DNA of 64,000 bases from an uncultured Myxococcales bacterium (lineage in GTDB: Bacteria; Myxococcota_A; Polyangia; JAAYKL01). Made by a program: the position numbers and the translations under genes. Of this stretch, positions 41,610 through 52,466 are shown in pieces (the stretch's first letter is position 1; each line of letters starts with the position of its first letter). The stretch is taken from positions 23,558-87,557 of the forward strand of contig CAZHCG010000002.1 in NCBI GenBank assembly GCA_964530995.1, written 5' to 3'. Below the pieces are notes generated by a model that saw nothing but the letters and a program-made list of their open reading frames with translations, searched no databases and was not told where the DNA came from.

Positions 41610-43646
41610 ATGAAGCAACACGGCAGCAAGGCGCGCGTGCTGGTGGTCGAGGACAACGACGACGTTCGCCGTGTGGTCAGCATCTATCTGAAATCCCACG
41701 GCTACGCCGTCGAGGAGGCCGCCGACGGACAGGCCGGCCTGGAAAAGGCCGCCGGCCTCCCCGACGTGGTGCTGCTCGACGTGCTGCTGCCGCGCCTCGA
41801 CGGTCTCGAGGTCCTGCGCCGGCTGCGCAAGGACGAGAAGACCGCGCGCCTGCCGGTGATCATGATGAGCGCCGTGCTCCAGACTCGCGACCTGCAAGCC
41901 GAAACCGCCAGGCTCCGGGTCTCCGGGTTTCTGCAAAAACCGTTTCAGGTCAAGCAGCTGATCTCCCAGATCGAGGGCGTGGTCTCCAGCGATCGCCGCG
42001 CAGAGAAAAAGGACGCAGCACGCAAGAAGACCGACCGCGACAGCGGTCCGGGCGGCGGCGCCAGACCCTCGCCCTCGCGCGAGCCCGAGGGCGTCCGCTA
42101 CCAGAGAGTACGGCTGCCCGAGTTCGGATCGCTGGACAAGCTGCCGATGCCCGAGCTGCTCCACGCGGTCTACGTCGAGGAGCGCACCGGCGTGCTGTCG
42201 ATCATCCACGGTCCCATGCAGAAGAAGATCTTCTTCGAAAACGGCTTTTCGGTCTACGCCGAGTCGTCTCTGCCCGAGGAGACCCTGGGCGCCCACATGC
42301 TGCGCAACGGACGCATCACCGCAGAGCAGAACGAGCGGGCGATCGCGGAGATGACCCGCAGCGGTCGCCGCTTCGGAGAGGTTCTGCTCAAGATGGAGCT
42401 GATAAGCCCGCACGAGCTGTTCGCCGAGATGGAATCCCACCTCTCGGAGAAGGTCGTCTCCACCTTCGGCTGGCTGACCGGGCAGTTCCGCTTCTCCCCG
42501 GGCGATTCGTGGAGGGAAGACGTGATAATCGCCCGGATGAATCCGGGACGAATTCTGCTCGACGGGGTCGCCCGTCACTGGTCGCCGGAGAGAATCCAGA
42601 AGCGGATACCGATCACCGACCGCAGCGTCGTGTTTTCACTGAGATCTTCGCCTTACCCGCACGAGCAGATCGGGCTGATTCCCCGCGAAGCCAAGGTCTT
42701 CCAGCTCGCTCGCAGGGGAGCCAGCGTGAGAGAAATCCTGCAGCAGGTTCCCGAAACGCAGTCCGTGGCTGCGCTGCTGTTCGGCCTGTTCGTGATGGAG
42801 CACGTCGGTTTCGTCCTCGATCCGCCGCGCGACAGCGAAATTCCGAAAGGCGCCGTCCAGAAAATCCGCCGCTCCGAGCCGCCGGCCACCCCGCGCGACG
42901 AGGAGCCGGCCAAGGGCCTGCTCGCCGAGTACCTCAAGCTCAGAACGGCCGACTACTTCAAGCTGCTGGGCCTCACGCGCGACTCCACCGAAGAGGAGAT
43001 CCGCGCCGCTTTCCAGCAGCGCCAGCGTCGCTACCACCCGGATACGCTGGCCGGCATCGACCGGGGGCTGGTCCACGAGAAGATCGAGGAGCTGTACATC
43101 CGCGTGCACACCGCCTACCGCACTCTGATCGATCCGGAAGGCCGCCGCCGCTACATCGCCAGGCTCGATCGAGAAGACGGACCCGAGCGGGCTTCCACGG
43201 ACGCGCGCACCCGCCCTTTGGAAACCCTCAAGGCGCAACCGGATCACGAGCGGCCTTTCGACGGAGGCCTGAGCGCGCTGCGCAACGGCGACTTCGATCT
43301 CGCGGCGAGGCTGTTCGCCCAGGCGGAGCAGCAGGATTCACATCCCAGGCACACCGCCTACCGCATCTGGGCGGAGTACCTGATGAAGCCGCACGATCGC
43401 AAAAGCGAGACCGAGCGAGCCTTCAACAAGCTGCAAAAGAAGCATCCCGACGAGGTCGCCTTCCCCTACCTGCTGGGCAAGCTGCACCTCAGGGAAAAGA
43501 GCAGGGCGCGGGCGATCAAGCACTTCGAAACCGCCCTCGAAGTAGACCCAGACCACATCGACTCGGCGCGACAGCTGCGCATCATCCGCATGCGACAGCG
43601 CTCGTCGGAGCACTCCGGCCTGTTCGACCTTCTCAAGCGCCGCTGA
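41610..43646 (+). CDS. Multidomain response regulator: receiver, PATAN/DUF4388-like, canonical J domain (HPD), TPR-like C-terminus
   Basis: Receiver (VLVVEDNDDVRR...VVLLDVLLPRLDG...KPF). J domain DYFKLLGLTRDSTEEEIRAAFQQRQRRYHPDTL with intact HPD. C-terminal TPR-like helices. Confidence 0.75.
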   Translation: MKQHGSKARVLVVEDNDDVRRVVSIYLKSHGYAVEEAADGQAGLEKAAGLPDVVLLDVLLPRLDGLEVLRRLRKDEKTARLPVIMMSAVLQTRDLQAETARLRVSGFLQKPFQVKQLISQIEGVVSSDRRAEKKDAARKKTDRDSGPGGGARPSPSREPEGVRYQRVRLPEFGSLDKLPMPELLHAVYVEERTGVLSIIHGPMQKKIFFENGFSVYAESSLPEETLGAHMLRNGRITAEQNERAIAEMTRSGRRFGEVLLKMELISPHELFAEMESHLSEKVVSTFGWLTGQFRFSPGDSWREDVIIARMNPGRILLDGVARHWSPERIQKRIPITDRSVVFSLRSSPYPHEQIGLIPREAKVFQLARRGASVREILQQVPETQSVAALLFGLFVMEHVGFVLDPPRDSEIPKGAVQKIRRSEPPATPRDEEPAKGLLAEYLKLRTADYFKLLGLTRDSTEEEIRAAFQQRQRRYHPDTLAGIDRGLVHEKIEELYIRVHTAYRTLIDPEGRRRYIARLDREDGPERASTDARTRPLETLKAQPDHERPFDGGLSALRNGDFDLAARLFAQAEQQDSHPRHTAYRIWAEYLMKPHDRKSETERAFNKLQKKHPDEVAFPYLLGKLHLREKSRARAIKHFETALEVDPDHIDSARQLRIIRMRQRSSEHSGLFDLLKRR

Positions 43647-43671
43647 GAGAGCCCGGGGTGAATCCTCGCCG

Positions 43672-44097
43672 TCAGCCGGTGGGCCATGAGAGATCCAGAG
43701 TCTTGATCTGGCACTGCTTCTCGTCGCAGAGGCTCATCTTGAGCTCGGCCCTGATCTGTCCCGCCTCGCCGGACGTCCGGTAGGGTACGCGAAAGAGCAC
43801 CTTGCTTTCGCCGAACTGGGAGGCGTCGTTCTTGCGGAACTTCTTCTTGCCCAGCTGCACGCCGTCCGGCGCCTCGATCGTCAGCTTCCACGGGTAGAGC
43901 GTGTTGCAGTGGTAGCCACCTCTGCCGCTGACCTCGACCGCCGCCACCACGTCGCGGCCGTCGGCCGCTGTCTTCACTTCGACCTGGTAGAAAGAGCCTT
44001 TCTGGCTGACTGTCGCGGCAAAGGCCCCTGTCGCCACGCTCGCCGTCGACAGCAGGGTCGCGATTGCCAACGCTCTCGGTTTGATGCACTGTCTCAT
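43672..44097 (-). CDS. Secreted hypothetical protein
   Basis: 141 aa. Signal peptide (ALAIATLLSTASVATGAFA); two Cys pairs. Confidence 0.5.
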   Translation of the reverse strand: MRQCIKPRALAIATLLSTASVATGAFAATVSQKGSFYQVEVKTAADGRDVVAAVEVSGRGGYHCNTLYPWKLTIEAPDGVQLGKKKFRKNDASQFGESKVLFRVPYRTSGEAGQIRAELKMSLCDEKQCQIKTLDLSWPTG

Positions 44098-44167
44098 CGA
44101 TGTCGCTCCTCTTCGATTCTATGACGCGGCAAGGCCGCGTCTGATACAACTTCTATGACCAAAAACG

Positions 44168-44968
44168 ATGGCAAAGGCAAACTGCGGCGACTCGACGACT
44201 GCTGACGCGCTTTTCGAGGGGCGTCTGATCCTGGAGCAGCCCGAGCGCGGGTATCGCTTCTCGGTCGACACCCCGTTGCTGATCTGGTTCGCCGCCCAGG
44301 GCAGGCGCGCCAGGTCCTGTGTCGACCTCGGCGCCGGCTGCGGCGCGCTGGGCCTGGCAGCGCTCGCCTGCGAGCTGGCGCAACTGGCGATCGGCGTCGA
44401 GATCCAGCCGCGGCTCGCCGCGCTGGCCCGCTCCAACGCGCGGCGCAACGGTTTCAAAGAACGCTATCGCCTGGTCGAGGGAGACATGCGCGATCCCGAC
44501 CCGCTGCTCGAGCCCCAACGCCTCGAGCTCGCGCTGGTCAACCCTCCCTTCTGGCCGGCCGACGATGGAGGCCGTCTCCCCGGCGATCCGGAGCGGTGCA
44601 CCGCCTGTCACGAGATCGCGATCGACCTTCGCGGTTGGATCGAGGTCGCCGCTCGCCTGCTGCACCCAGCGCGAGGAAGGCTCTGCGCCGTCTTCCCGGC
44701 ACGCCGCACAGACGATCTGCTCGTGGCGCTGAGCGAGCGCGGTCTGCGCGCCGAGCGGCTGACCCCGGTCTACTCCGCGCCGGGCGAGTCCGCCGAGCTG
44801 ACGTTGATCGAGGCCCGCCGCGGCCGCCCGGGACGCGTCTCGCTCTCGGAGCCGATCACGCTGCACGATGCCGGGGGCCGCCCGACCGCTCGGCTGGAAA
44901 CCGTGCTGAGCGGCGGATTCTCCCAGGCGCTGCTCGCCCGCCCGGACCGCCGCCGCAATCGAGACTGA
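44168..44968 (+). CDS. Class I SAM-dependent methyltransferase, N6-adenine type (tRNA m6A37 TrmN6/YfiC-like)
   Basis: SAM-binding VDLGAGCGALGL and the NPPF (motif IV) signature of N6-adenine/N5-glutamine methyltransferases. Confidence 0.7.
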   Translation: MAKANCGDSTTADALFEGRLILEQPERGYRFSVDTPLLIWFAAQGRRARSCVDLGAGCGALGLAALACELAQLAIGVEIQPRLAALARSNARRNGFKERYRLVEGDMRDPDPLLEPQRLELALVNPPFWPADDGGRLPGDPERCTACHEIAIDLRGWIEVAARLLHPARGRLCAVFPARRTDDLLVALSERGLRAERLTPVYSAPGESAELTLIEARRGRPGRVSLSEPITLHDAGGRPTARLETVLSGGFSQALLARPDRRRNRD

Positions 44969-44981
44969 TGCCGTTACCCGT

Positions 44982-47267
44982 TCAGTCCACCGCGGCACCG
45001 ACGATCTCGAAATCACCCAGCATGTCGAAGATGATCAGACCCTGCCCCGCCTGATCGATGATTATCAGCTCGTCCTCGGGGGTCGGCACTATGTCCGTCA
45101 TCTGGTTGCCCAGCACCGCGTAGAGCGGCCTGAAACCGCCGTCGGTCTCGAAGGTGAAGGCCAGCTCCTCGAACTCTTTCTTGCCCTGCGCGCCGCTGCC
45201 CTCCAGCCTGAAGGTGAAGTAGTAGTTGTAGAAGTCGTGGCCCTCGAAGACGCGCTGGCGCTTGTAGTGCAGGCGCTGCTCCTCCTCGTCCGGGTCCTCG
45301 GCGACCGGCACGCACTGGCCCTGCACGTCGTAGGAGCCGTGCTCGAGGTGCCCCGTGCTCGATCCCTTCAGGACCCAGTGCCGCCAGGCGCGAATCTCGT
45401 AGGTGAACGCCTGGCCGAAGCACTGCTCGTCCAGCCAGGGCGTCTGGCTGTCGAGGCGCTCCAGCCGCAGGCCGTCCCCGTCCAAAATCTCGGAGATCTG
45501 GTAGACGAGCTCCAGGTCCTCGAATTCGCTGCAATCCGCTCCCTCGAGCGGCGTCGGCTCGGAGGTGACGACGAACAGGTCGCCCTGGTAGCCCTCCAGC
45601 TCCGAGATGCCGTCGTACGTCTGGCCCTGGTCGCGACCGAGCACCCCTTGCGCGCAGTAGCTCTTGCTCTCGTCCACGACCACCAGGTGGCCCCCCTCGC
45701 CCGCCGCGGGCTCCAGCTCCCAGAGCACGGCCGCGCCGCTGACCCCGACCTCGCCCTCCCAGCTCAGCGTCCACTTCTCGCTCGACGAGCGCCGCGGATC
45801 GCAGGCGAAGCGAATTCCGTAGTCGTCGTCGGGCCCGAAATCGACGCCCTCCTGCTCGCAGTCCGGCAGCCCGGCGTCGCCGGCTCCGGCATCGGGCTCG
45901 GCGAAGTGGGCCAGATCGTCCGCCTCCTGCCCGGAGAGCTGCGTGCCGTCGGCCTCCAGGATCGGGTCCTCGACGACGTAGGGAAGATTTTCCTCGTCCG
46001 AGAGATCGACGGCGGAGCGCAACGAGTGGGGATCGAACGGATCCGCGTAGCTGTCGTCGGCATCGACGACGAACAGCGCCGCCTTGGAGGTGGAGACGAC
46101 TCCGAAGGTGCCGTTGAAGGTCAGCGTGGGATCGTCGTCCTCGCCCGGCTCCTCGTCGAGCCTCAGCATCGCGACCGCCTCGGCGCGACCGGGGAGATCG
46201 ATGCTGTAGGCATCCTCGGCCAGCGGGTCGTCCTCGTTGATCGGCAGGATCTCGCCTTCGAGAAGGTCGACGACCAGCACGCCGCCGCGCTCGTTCTCGA
46301 CCGCGTAGATCCAGCGCTCGAGGCGAGGCTCCAGGGCGATCGCGGAGCTGGTGAACTCCTCGAGCTCGAGGCGGCGCACCAGCGCCACCTCTCCCAGCGG
46401 CCCGGGCTCGGCGAGCTCCAGCGCCGCGGAGACGAGGATCTCGCTGTCGATCTCGGCCAGGTAGTGGCCGTCTATTCCGCCGACGAACAGCGCGGGCGTC
46501 TGCTCCGAGGCGACCAGCGCCCAGGGAGCGATCCCCTCCGGCGAATCGTCCTCCACGGCGTGGGGAATCCCGGTGGCCGAGTCGAGGCGCATGTAGCCCA
46601 GCTCGCAGCCCACGGCCGGAGCTTCTCCGCCCGTCGAGGCGGGGCAGAGATCCGGGTCGAGGGAGATCACCGAGAGGCGACCCATGGTCGGCATCGTGAC
46701 GAAAGCGAAGCGACCGCGGATCGACTCCGCCTTGGCGATCGCGATCCGTCCCCCGGGCCCGCTGAGCGGAATCACGACCGCCGGCACGATCTCTCCGGTG
46801 AACACTTCGGCGACCTCGATCACCGAGAGATCCTCGGTCTCGAGGTTCGAGGTCACCACCTTGCTCCCATCCCAGGTCGCCGCGATGTCGTTGGGCTGGC
46901 CGCCCACCGGCACGAAGCTGTTGTAGGGAATGCGCTCGTCCTGGTCGATGATCGACTGGGAGCCCACGTCCACCACCGCGACCTCTCCCGGAGTGGTCTG
47001 CGTGACGAAAGCCAGCAGGCCGGCCTCGGGGAGCGGCCCGCTGCAGTAGCCCTCGACGCCGTGTCCCGACGAGCGGCAGCAATCCAGGGGGTATGTCTCG
47101 GTCGCCACGCCGCCGTCGGCCTCGACGCGATCGTAGCAGACCAGCGCCACGTCCTGGGGACGGTCGAACTGGGAGATGTCGGCGTCCGGCGGGTTGTCCT
47201 CGCACGCCGAGGTCAGCAGCAGCGCCGTCAAAGCCAGGCCCGCGACTGCCGGTGAGCGATCAGTCAT
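44982..47267 (-). CDS. Large hypothetical lipoprotein (761 aa)
   Basis: Signal plus lipobox LLTSAC. Asp/Glu-rich, probably beta-rich. Overlaps the upstream YVTN gene by 8 nt (same operon). Confidence 0.55.
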   Translation of the reverse strand: MTDRSPAVAGLALTALLLTSACEDNPPDADISQFDRPQDVALVCYDRVEADGGVATETYPLDCCRSSGHGVEGYCSGPLPEAGLLAFVTQTTPGEVAVVDVGSQSIIDQDERIPYNSFVPVGGQPNDIAATWDGSKVVTSNLETEDLSVIEVAEVFTGEIVPAVVIPLSGPGGRIAIAKAESIRGRFAFVTMPTMGRLSVISLDPDLCPASTGGEAPAVGCELGYMRLDSATGIPHAVEDDSPEGIAPWALVASEQTPALFVGGIDGHYLAEIDSEILVSAALELAEPGPLGEVALVRRLELEEFTSSAIALEPRLERWIYAVENERGGVLVVDLLEGEILPINEDDPLAEDAYSIDLPGRAEAVAMLRLDEEPGEDDDPTLTFNGTFGVVSTSKAALFVVDADDSYADPFDPHSLRSAVDLSDEENLPYVVEDPILEADGTQLSGQEADDLAHFAEPDAGAGDAGLPDCEQEGVDFGPDDDYGIRFACDPRRSSSEKWTLSWEGEVGVSGAAVLWELEPAAGEGGHLVVVDESKSYCAQGVLGRDQGQTYDGISELEGYQGDLFVVTSEPTPLEGADCSEFEDLELVYQISEILDGDGLRLERLDSQTPWLDEQCFGQAFTYEIRAWRHWVLKGSSTGHLEHGSYDVQGQCVPVAEDPDEEEQRLHYKRQRVFEGHDFYNYYFTFRLEGSGAQGKKEFEELAFTFETDGGFRPLYAVLGNQMTDIVPTPEDELIIIDQAGQGLIIFDMLGDFEIVGAAVD

Positions 47268-48591
47268 GACCCTCCGGAAGACGCGGCTTTCCGATTTTCA
47301 CGATCCGGTCCGCGTCGTCGCGCAACAGGTTGAAGTAAGGGGGGCGCACCTCGATGATGCTGATCGTCGACTCGGAGAAGTTCGCCACGTAGGCCAGGCG
47401 CCGGTTCCGGTCGAACCAGATCGCGTGGGGCCCCTCGCCCACGGACTGCACGGCCAGCACCATCATCAGCTCGGTGTCCACGATGAAGACCTTGCCGATC
47501 AGGAAGCACAGCACGAAGGCGTAGGTCGCGTCGTCCGCCTCGCTCGCGGTTCCGGCGTCGTCCTCGTAGAGAGCCACCACCGAGGGATCGGTGCAGACCG
47601 AGGTCATGCCCACCATCCCGTGCGCGTCGGCGTCCAGCTCGAGCAGCGCCGAGGGCGTGCGGGTCGCCATGTAGACCGTTTCTCCGCCCGAGGTGACGGC
47701 CAGCCCGCGCCCGTCGGTGCCTGCGTACATCTCGTCTCCCAGATCGATGTGGCTCACCTGGCCGAAAAACGGGTTGTAGGAGTACTGGCCGGTCTGCGAG
47801 TCGGTGAGCACCTTGAGCACCGCCACCTGGGCCTGCTGGGAACGACCGGAGACGTAGACCTCCCGGTTGACCGGGTTGACCGCGATCCCGCTCGCGCCGG
47901 GAACGACGCCGCCCAGCACGTCGATCAGCTCTCCCTCGGCCTGCCCGCCGACGCTGCCGTCCCTGACGACGAACAGGGAGACCTCCCCGCCGGCCAGGTG
48001 CGTGGCGAATCCCAGGGTGGTGGTGTTGCCGCTGACCGGCTCCGGGTAGTCCAGCGCGGCTACTTCGTAGGGCTCGATCGGGAGCGAGTGGTCGTCGTTG
48101 CTCTCCACGCGGTGGGCGCTGTCGCAGCGCCGGTCGCCGCCCTCGCCGCAGCCGAGCAGATCGTCGTCCTCGGGCCCGCCCACGTCCACGAGCAGAATCG
48201 CGCGCTCTCCGCGCACGGGAATGATCGCCCGGTCTCCGGACGGCGTCAGCTCCAGGTCGCTGGCATAGGCTCCGACCCGGATTGTCTCCTCTTTTATCGT
48301 CAGCTCGGACTCGTCGACGAAAAGGTACTGCCCGTCGCGGCTGACCTCGCTGGAAGGATCGTCGAACCGGCTTTCCAAATCGCTGACGTCGATCAACATC
48401 AACGTGCCGGAATTGTACTCGAGGTCGAAATTGGAGTTGAGCACCATCAGGCGCTCGCCGCCGGCGACGCCCGCCAGCCCGACCGGGTAGATGAACCGAT
48501 CGCTGGGAGGATTCACGCCGTCCGTATCCGGCATGCACCCCGCCGCGAGCACGAGGACGACCGCGGCGGCGATGATTCTCGAGCGTCTCAT
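47260..48591 (-). CDS. YVTN-family beta-propeller repeat lipoprotein
   Basis: Lipobox LAAGCM. Repeated ~40-aa units ending in ...YV.N/...AV.P.....YVSG, typical of the 40-residue YVTN beta-propeller repeat. Confidence 0.65.
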   Translation of the reverse strand: MRRSRIIAAAVVLVLAAGCMPDTDGVNPPSDRFIYPVGLAGVAGGERLMVLNSNFDLEYNSGTLMLIDVSDLESRFDDPSSEVSRDGQYLFVDESELTIKEETIRVGAYASDLELTPSGDRAIIPVRGERAILLVDVGGPEDDDLLGCGEGGDRRCDSAHRVESNDDHSLPIEPYEVAALDYPEPVSGNTTTLGFATHLAGGEVSLFVVRDGSVGGQAEGELIDVLGGVVPGASGIAVNPVNREVYVSGRSQQAQVAVLKVLTDSQTGQYSYNPFFGQVSHIDLGDEMYAGTDGRGLAVTSGGETVYMATRTPSALLELDADAHGMVGMTSVCTDPSVVALYEDDAGTASEADDATYAFVLCFLIGKVFIVDTELMMVLAVQSVGEGPHAIWFDRNRRLAYVANFSESTISIIEVRPPYFNLLRDDADRIVKIGKPRLPEGHD

Positions 48592-48685
48592 GGCTGGGGG
48601 ATAGTAGACGAACCCTTCCCACCGCGCAAGCTGACGCCGCGCAGCTTTCGAGTCGAGACGGGCATGGAGCGAATCTCGAATCGGG

Positions 48686-50059
48686 CTAGAGAGCTTCGGG
48701 TTTGGGGTGGGTCACGGGCACCGGGATCACGTGCCGCTTGAGCACTTCGACCGTGTCGCGGGTGCCGAGCTGGTCGAAGAGGAACGAGAACTTGCTCTGG
48801 AGCTGCTCGCAGATCGCCGCGCGCACCTCCGCGGGCAAATCCCAGATCCGGCGCTTGAAGGGGCCGAAGGCCTTCTTGCGCGTCTTGTAGATGAACTGCT
48901 CGTCGGTCTGGCCCTCCTTGCGCTCCGAGGCGTTGTTCTCCTCGAGGTGCTTGTAGATCTCGTCGCGCAGCTCGGAGGGGAACTCGTCGTGATCATAGAT
49001 GATGTTCTGGAACCCGGTGGCCAGGTGGATCTCCGAGGCGCCGGTCTTGGGGAAGTGGTGGAACGCCTCGTCGGGCAGCGTGGAGGCGCCGTGCTGCACC
49101 GCTCCCGAGATGCCGTACTTCTCGCGCGCCGCCTTGGTGATCGACTCCAGCACGCCGAAGTCCAGCTTGACCTCGGCGACCGACCCGTCCGGGAGCGGCA
49201 CGCCGCCGTGCGAGGTTCCGGTCTGCACCGAGATCTTGGAGATGCCCTTGATATCGGGAGCGGTCTCGGCGAAACCGTCCATGAACGCGCAGAGTTCTTC
49301 GACGGTGCTGTTCTTTCCGCCCACCTCGCCGATCTCGCCGCCGACCGAGACGGTGATCCCCTCGGGCTGAATCTCGCGGATCAGCTTTGCGATCTCGGCG
49401 CAGCGCTCGTAGTTGGCCCGCTGCTGCTCCTCGAGCGTCTCCTTCTCGAGGTCGACCAGGGTCGAGCTGTCCACGTCGATGTTGTAGAAGCCGGCGGCGA
49501 TCGCCTCCCGGGTCAAAGCCTTGACTGACTCCACCTCGGGGGCGGGGTCCTTCTTCATCTTGGCCAGCTTGAACTGGAAGTGATCGCCCTGGAGCATCAC
49601 CGGCAGCTTCCAGCCCTCCTTGATCGCGGCGCCGAGCACCGAAGAGGTATACTCCGCGGGCCGCTGATCGGTGTAGCTCACCTCGGAGCGGGCGATCTCG
49701 AAGATGATCGGGCCGGTGCCCAGCTTCTCGGCCGCGGAGAAGACGGTCCGCGCCGCGTCGTAGGTCAGTCCGCGCAGGTTGATCGCCGGCACGGTGAAGC
49801 CGCTGACCTCGCCGCGACCCATCGCGTCGTAGAGACCCTGGATCGATGCCGAGCCGCATCCCAGCGCCTGGCTGGCCGACCAGATGATCCAGCGCGCGGC
49901 CTCGCGCACGTCCTCTTCGCCGAAGACGGCGCTGCGCACCAGGCGATCGATCGGCTCGCCGCGCAGGGCGCCTGCATCGGTGACGTCCACACCTTCGTCC
50001 TTGATCTCGACGACTCCAAAAATCGACGATTTCAGTTCTTCCAAACTGGCGTACGGCAT
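48686..50059 (-). CDS. Class II (zinc) fructose-bisphosphate aldolase family protein, long form
   Basis: Alignable to E. coli FbaA: FTVPAINLRGLTYDAA (cf. FALPAVNCVGTDSINAV), QGDHF (cf. HTDHC), GEIGEVGG, QHGASTLPDE (cf. FHGGSGSTAQE). Start taken at MPYASLEEL. Confidence 0.7.
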   Translation of the reverse strand: MPYASLEELKSSIFGVVEIKDEGVDVTDAGALRGEPIDRLVRSAVFGEEDVREAARWIIWSASQALGCGSASIQGLYDAMGRGEVSGFTVPAINLRGLTYDAARTVFSAAEKLGTGPIIFEIARSEVSYTDQRPAEYTSSVLGAAIKEGWKLPVMLQGDHFQFKLAKMKKDPAPEVESVKALTREAIAAGFYNIDVDSSTLVDLEKETLEEQQRANYERCAEIAKLIREIQPEGITVSVGGEIGEVGGKNSTVEELCAFMDGFAETAPDIKGISKISVQTGTSHGGVPLPDGSVAEVKLDFGVLESITKAAREKYGISGAVQHGASTLPDEAFHHFPKTGASEIHLATGFQNIIYDHDEFPSELRDEIYKHLEENNASERKEGQTDEQFIYKTRKKAFGPFKRRIWDLPAEVRAAICEQLQSKFSFLFDQLGTRDTVEVLKRHVIPVPVTHPKPEAL

Positions 50060-50177
50060 CGCAAGACTCCTTTCTCGCGTTCGGCAGGGCGCGGCCCCAC
50101 ATACCACCCGGACCCATCATACGATGCCGCCTACGCGATGCAAGCACGGCGCGGGGCGAAACCGAGCGCCGAATCGC

Positions 50178-51818
<1,641 letters not shown>

Positions 51819-51959
51819 CGTTCCTCCTGTGCCGGCTGATACTACCCGAAATCACCGTGCCTGGCATCGCCCGCACGGCCGCCGAGTGCAAGTGGGTGGA
51901 TGAGAAGTAGACGCCTCTGGATTTTTGCTGTAGGTTAATCTCAAGCGAGGAGGTGGACA

Positions 51960-52415
51960 ATGAAACGAGCATTTCTGATCTTGGGTTTGGGTGGGGTTCT
52001 TTTGGCCGGCGCCTGGGGATGTGACGATGGCGGCGGAGACGGCGGCGACGCGGACACCGACACCGACACCGATGCCGACTCGGACGCCGATACCGACACA
52101 GACTCGGACACCGATGCCGACTCGGACGCCGATACCGATACCGACACAGACTCGGACGCCGATACCGACACCGATGGCGACCCCACGCTGGATTCGAGCC
52201 ATGCGGGCTGGGAAGATCCGAAATGCGCCGACTGCCATCCCGATGCGCACCACCCGGAGATGGATCCCTACGAGTGCGCCTCGTGTCATGGCACCAACGG
52301 GGCCTGCGCCGGGCACGGAGGTGCCACGCCCTGCGCCGACTGCCACGCGGACAGCCACGGCGGCGGAGAGAGCTTTCCCGACCCGGAGTCGTGTCAGACC
52401 TGCCATCCCGATTGA
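51960..52415 (+). CDS. Small tetraheme c-type cytochrome lipoprotein with an Asp/Thr/Ser-repeat linker
   Basis: Lipobox LAGAWGC; (DTDxDS)n linker; four CxxCH motifs (CADCH, CASCH, CADCH, CQTCH) within ~65 residues. Confidence 0.7.
   Translation: MKRAFLILGLGGVLLAGAWGCDDGGGDGGDADTDTDTDADSDADTDTDSDTDADSDADTDTDTDSDADTDTDGDPTLDSSHAGWEDPKCADCHPDAHHPEMDPYECASCHGTNGACAGHGGATPCADCHADSHGGGESFPDPESCQTCHPD
52044..52185 (+). repeat. Coding microsatellite-like repeat (gacaccgac / gactcggac units) encoding a DTDTDADSDADTD... linker
   Basis: Periodic 6/9-nt units visible directly in the sequence. The same repeat class recurs at 58850-58960 and 59103-59190. Confidence 0.5.
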
Positions 52416-52466
52416 TCCGACTGCCGCGCGACTTGCTACGCCGGACGCGGTTTTGCTAAACAACCT

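Noticed and set aside
45013-47255. ORFs 45013..47205 (-) 730 aa and 45237..47255 (+) 672 aa
   Set aside because: Alternative frames of the 761-aa lipoprotein gene. They lack signal peptides and are Arg/Gly-rich.
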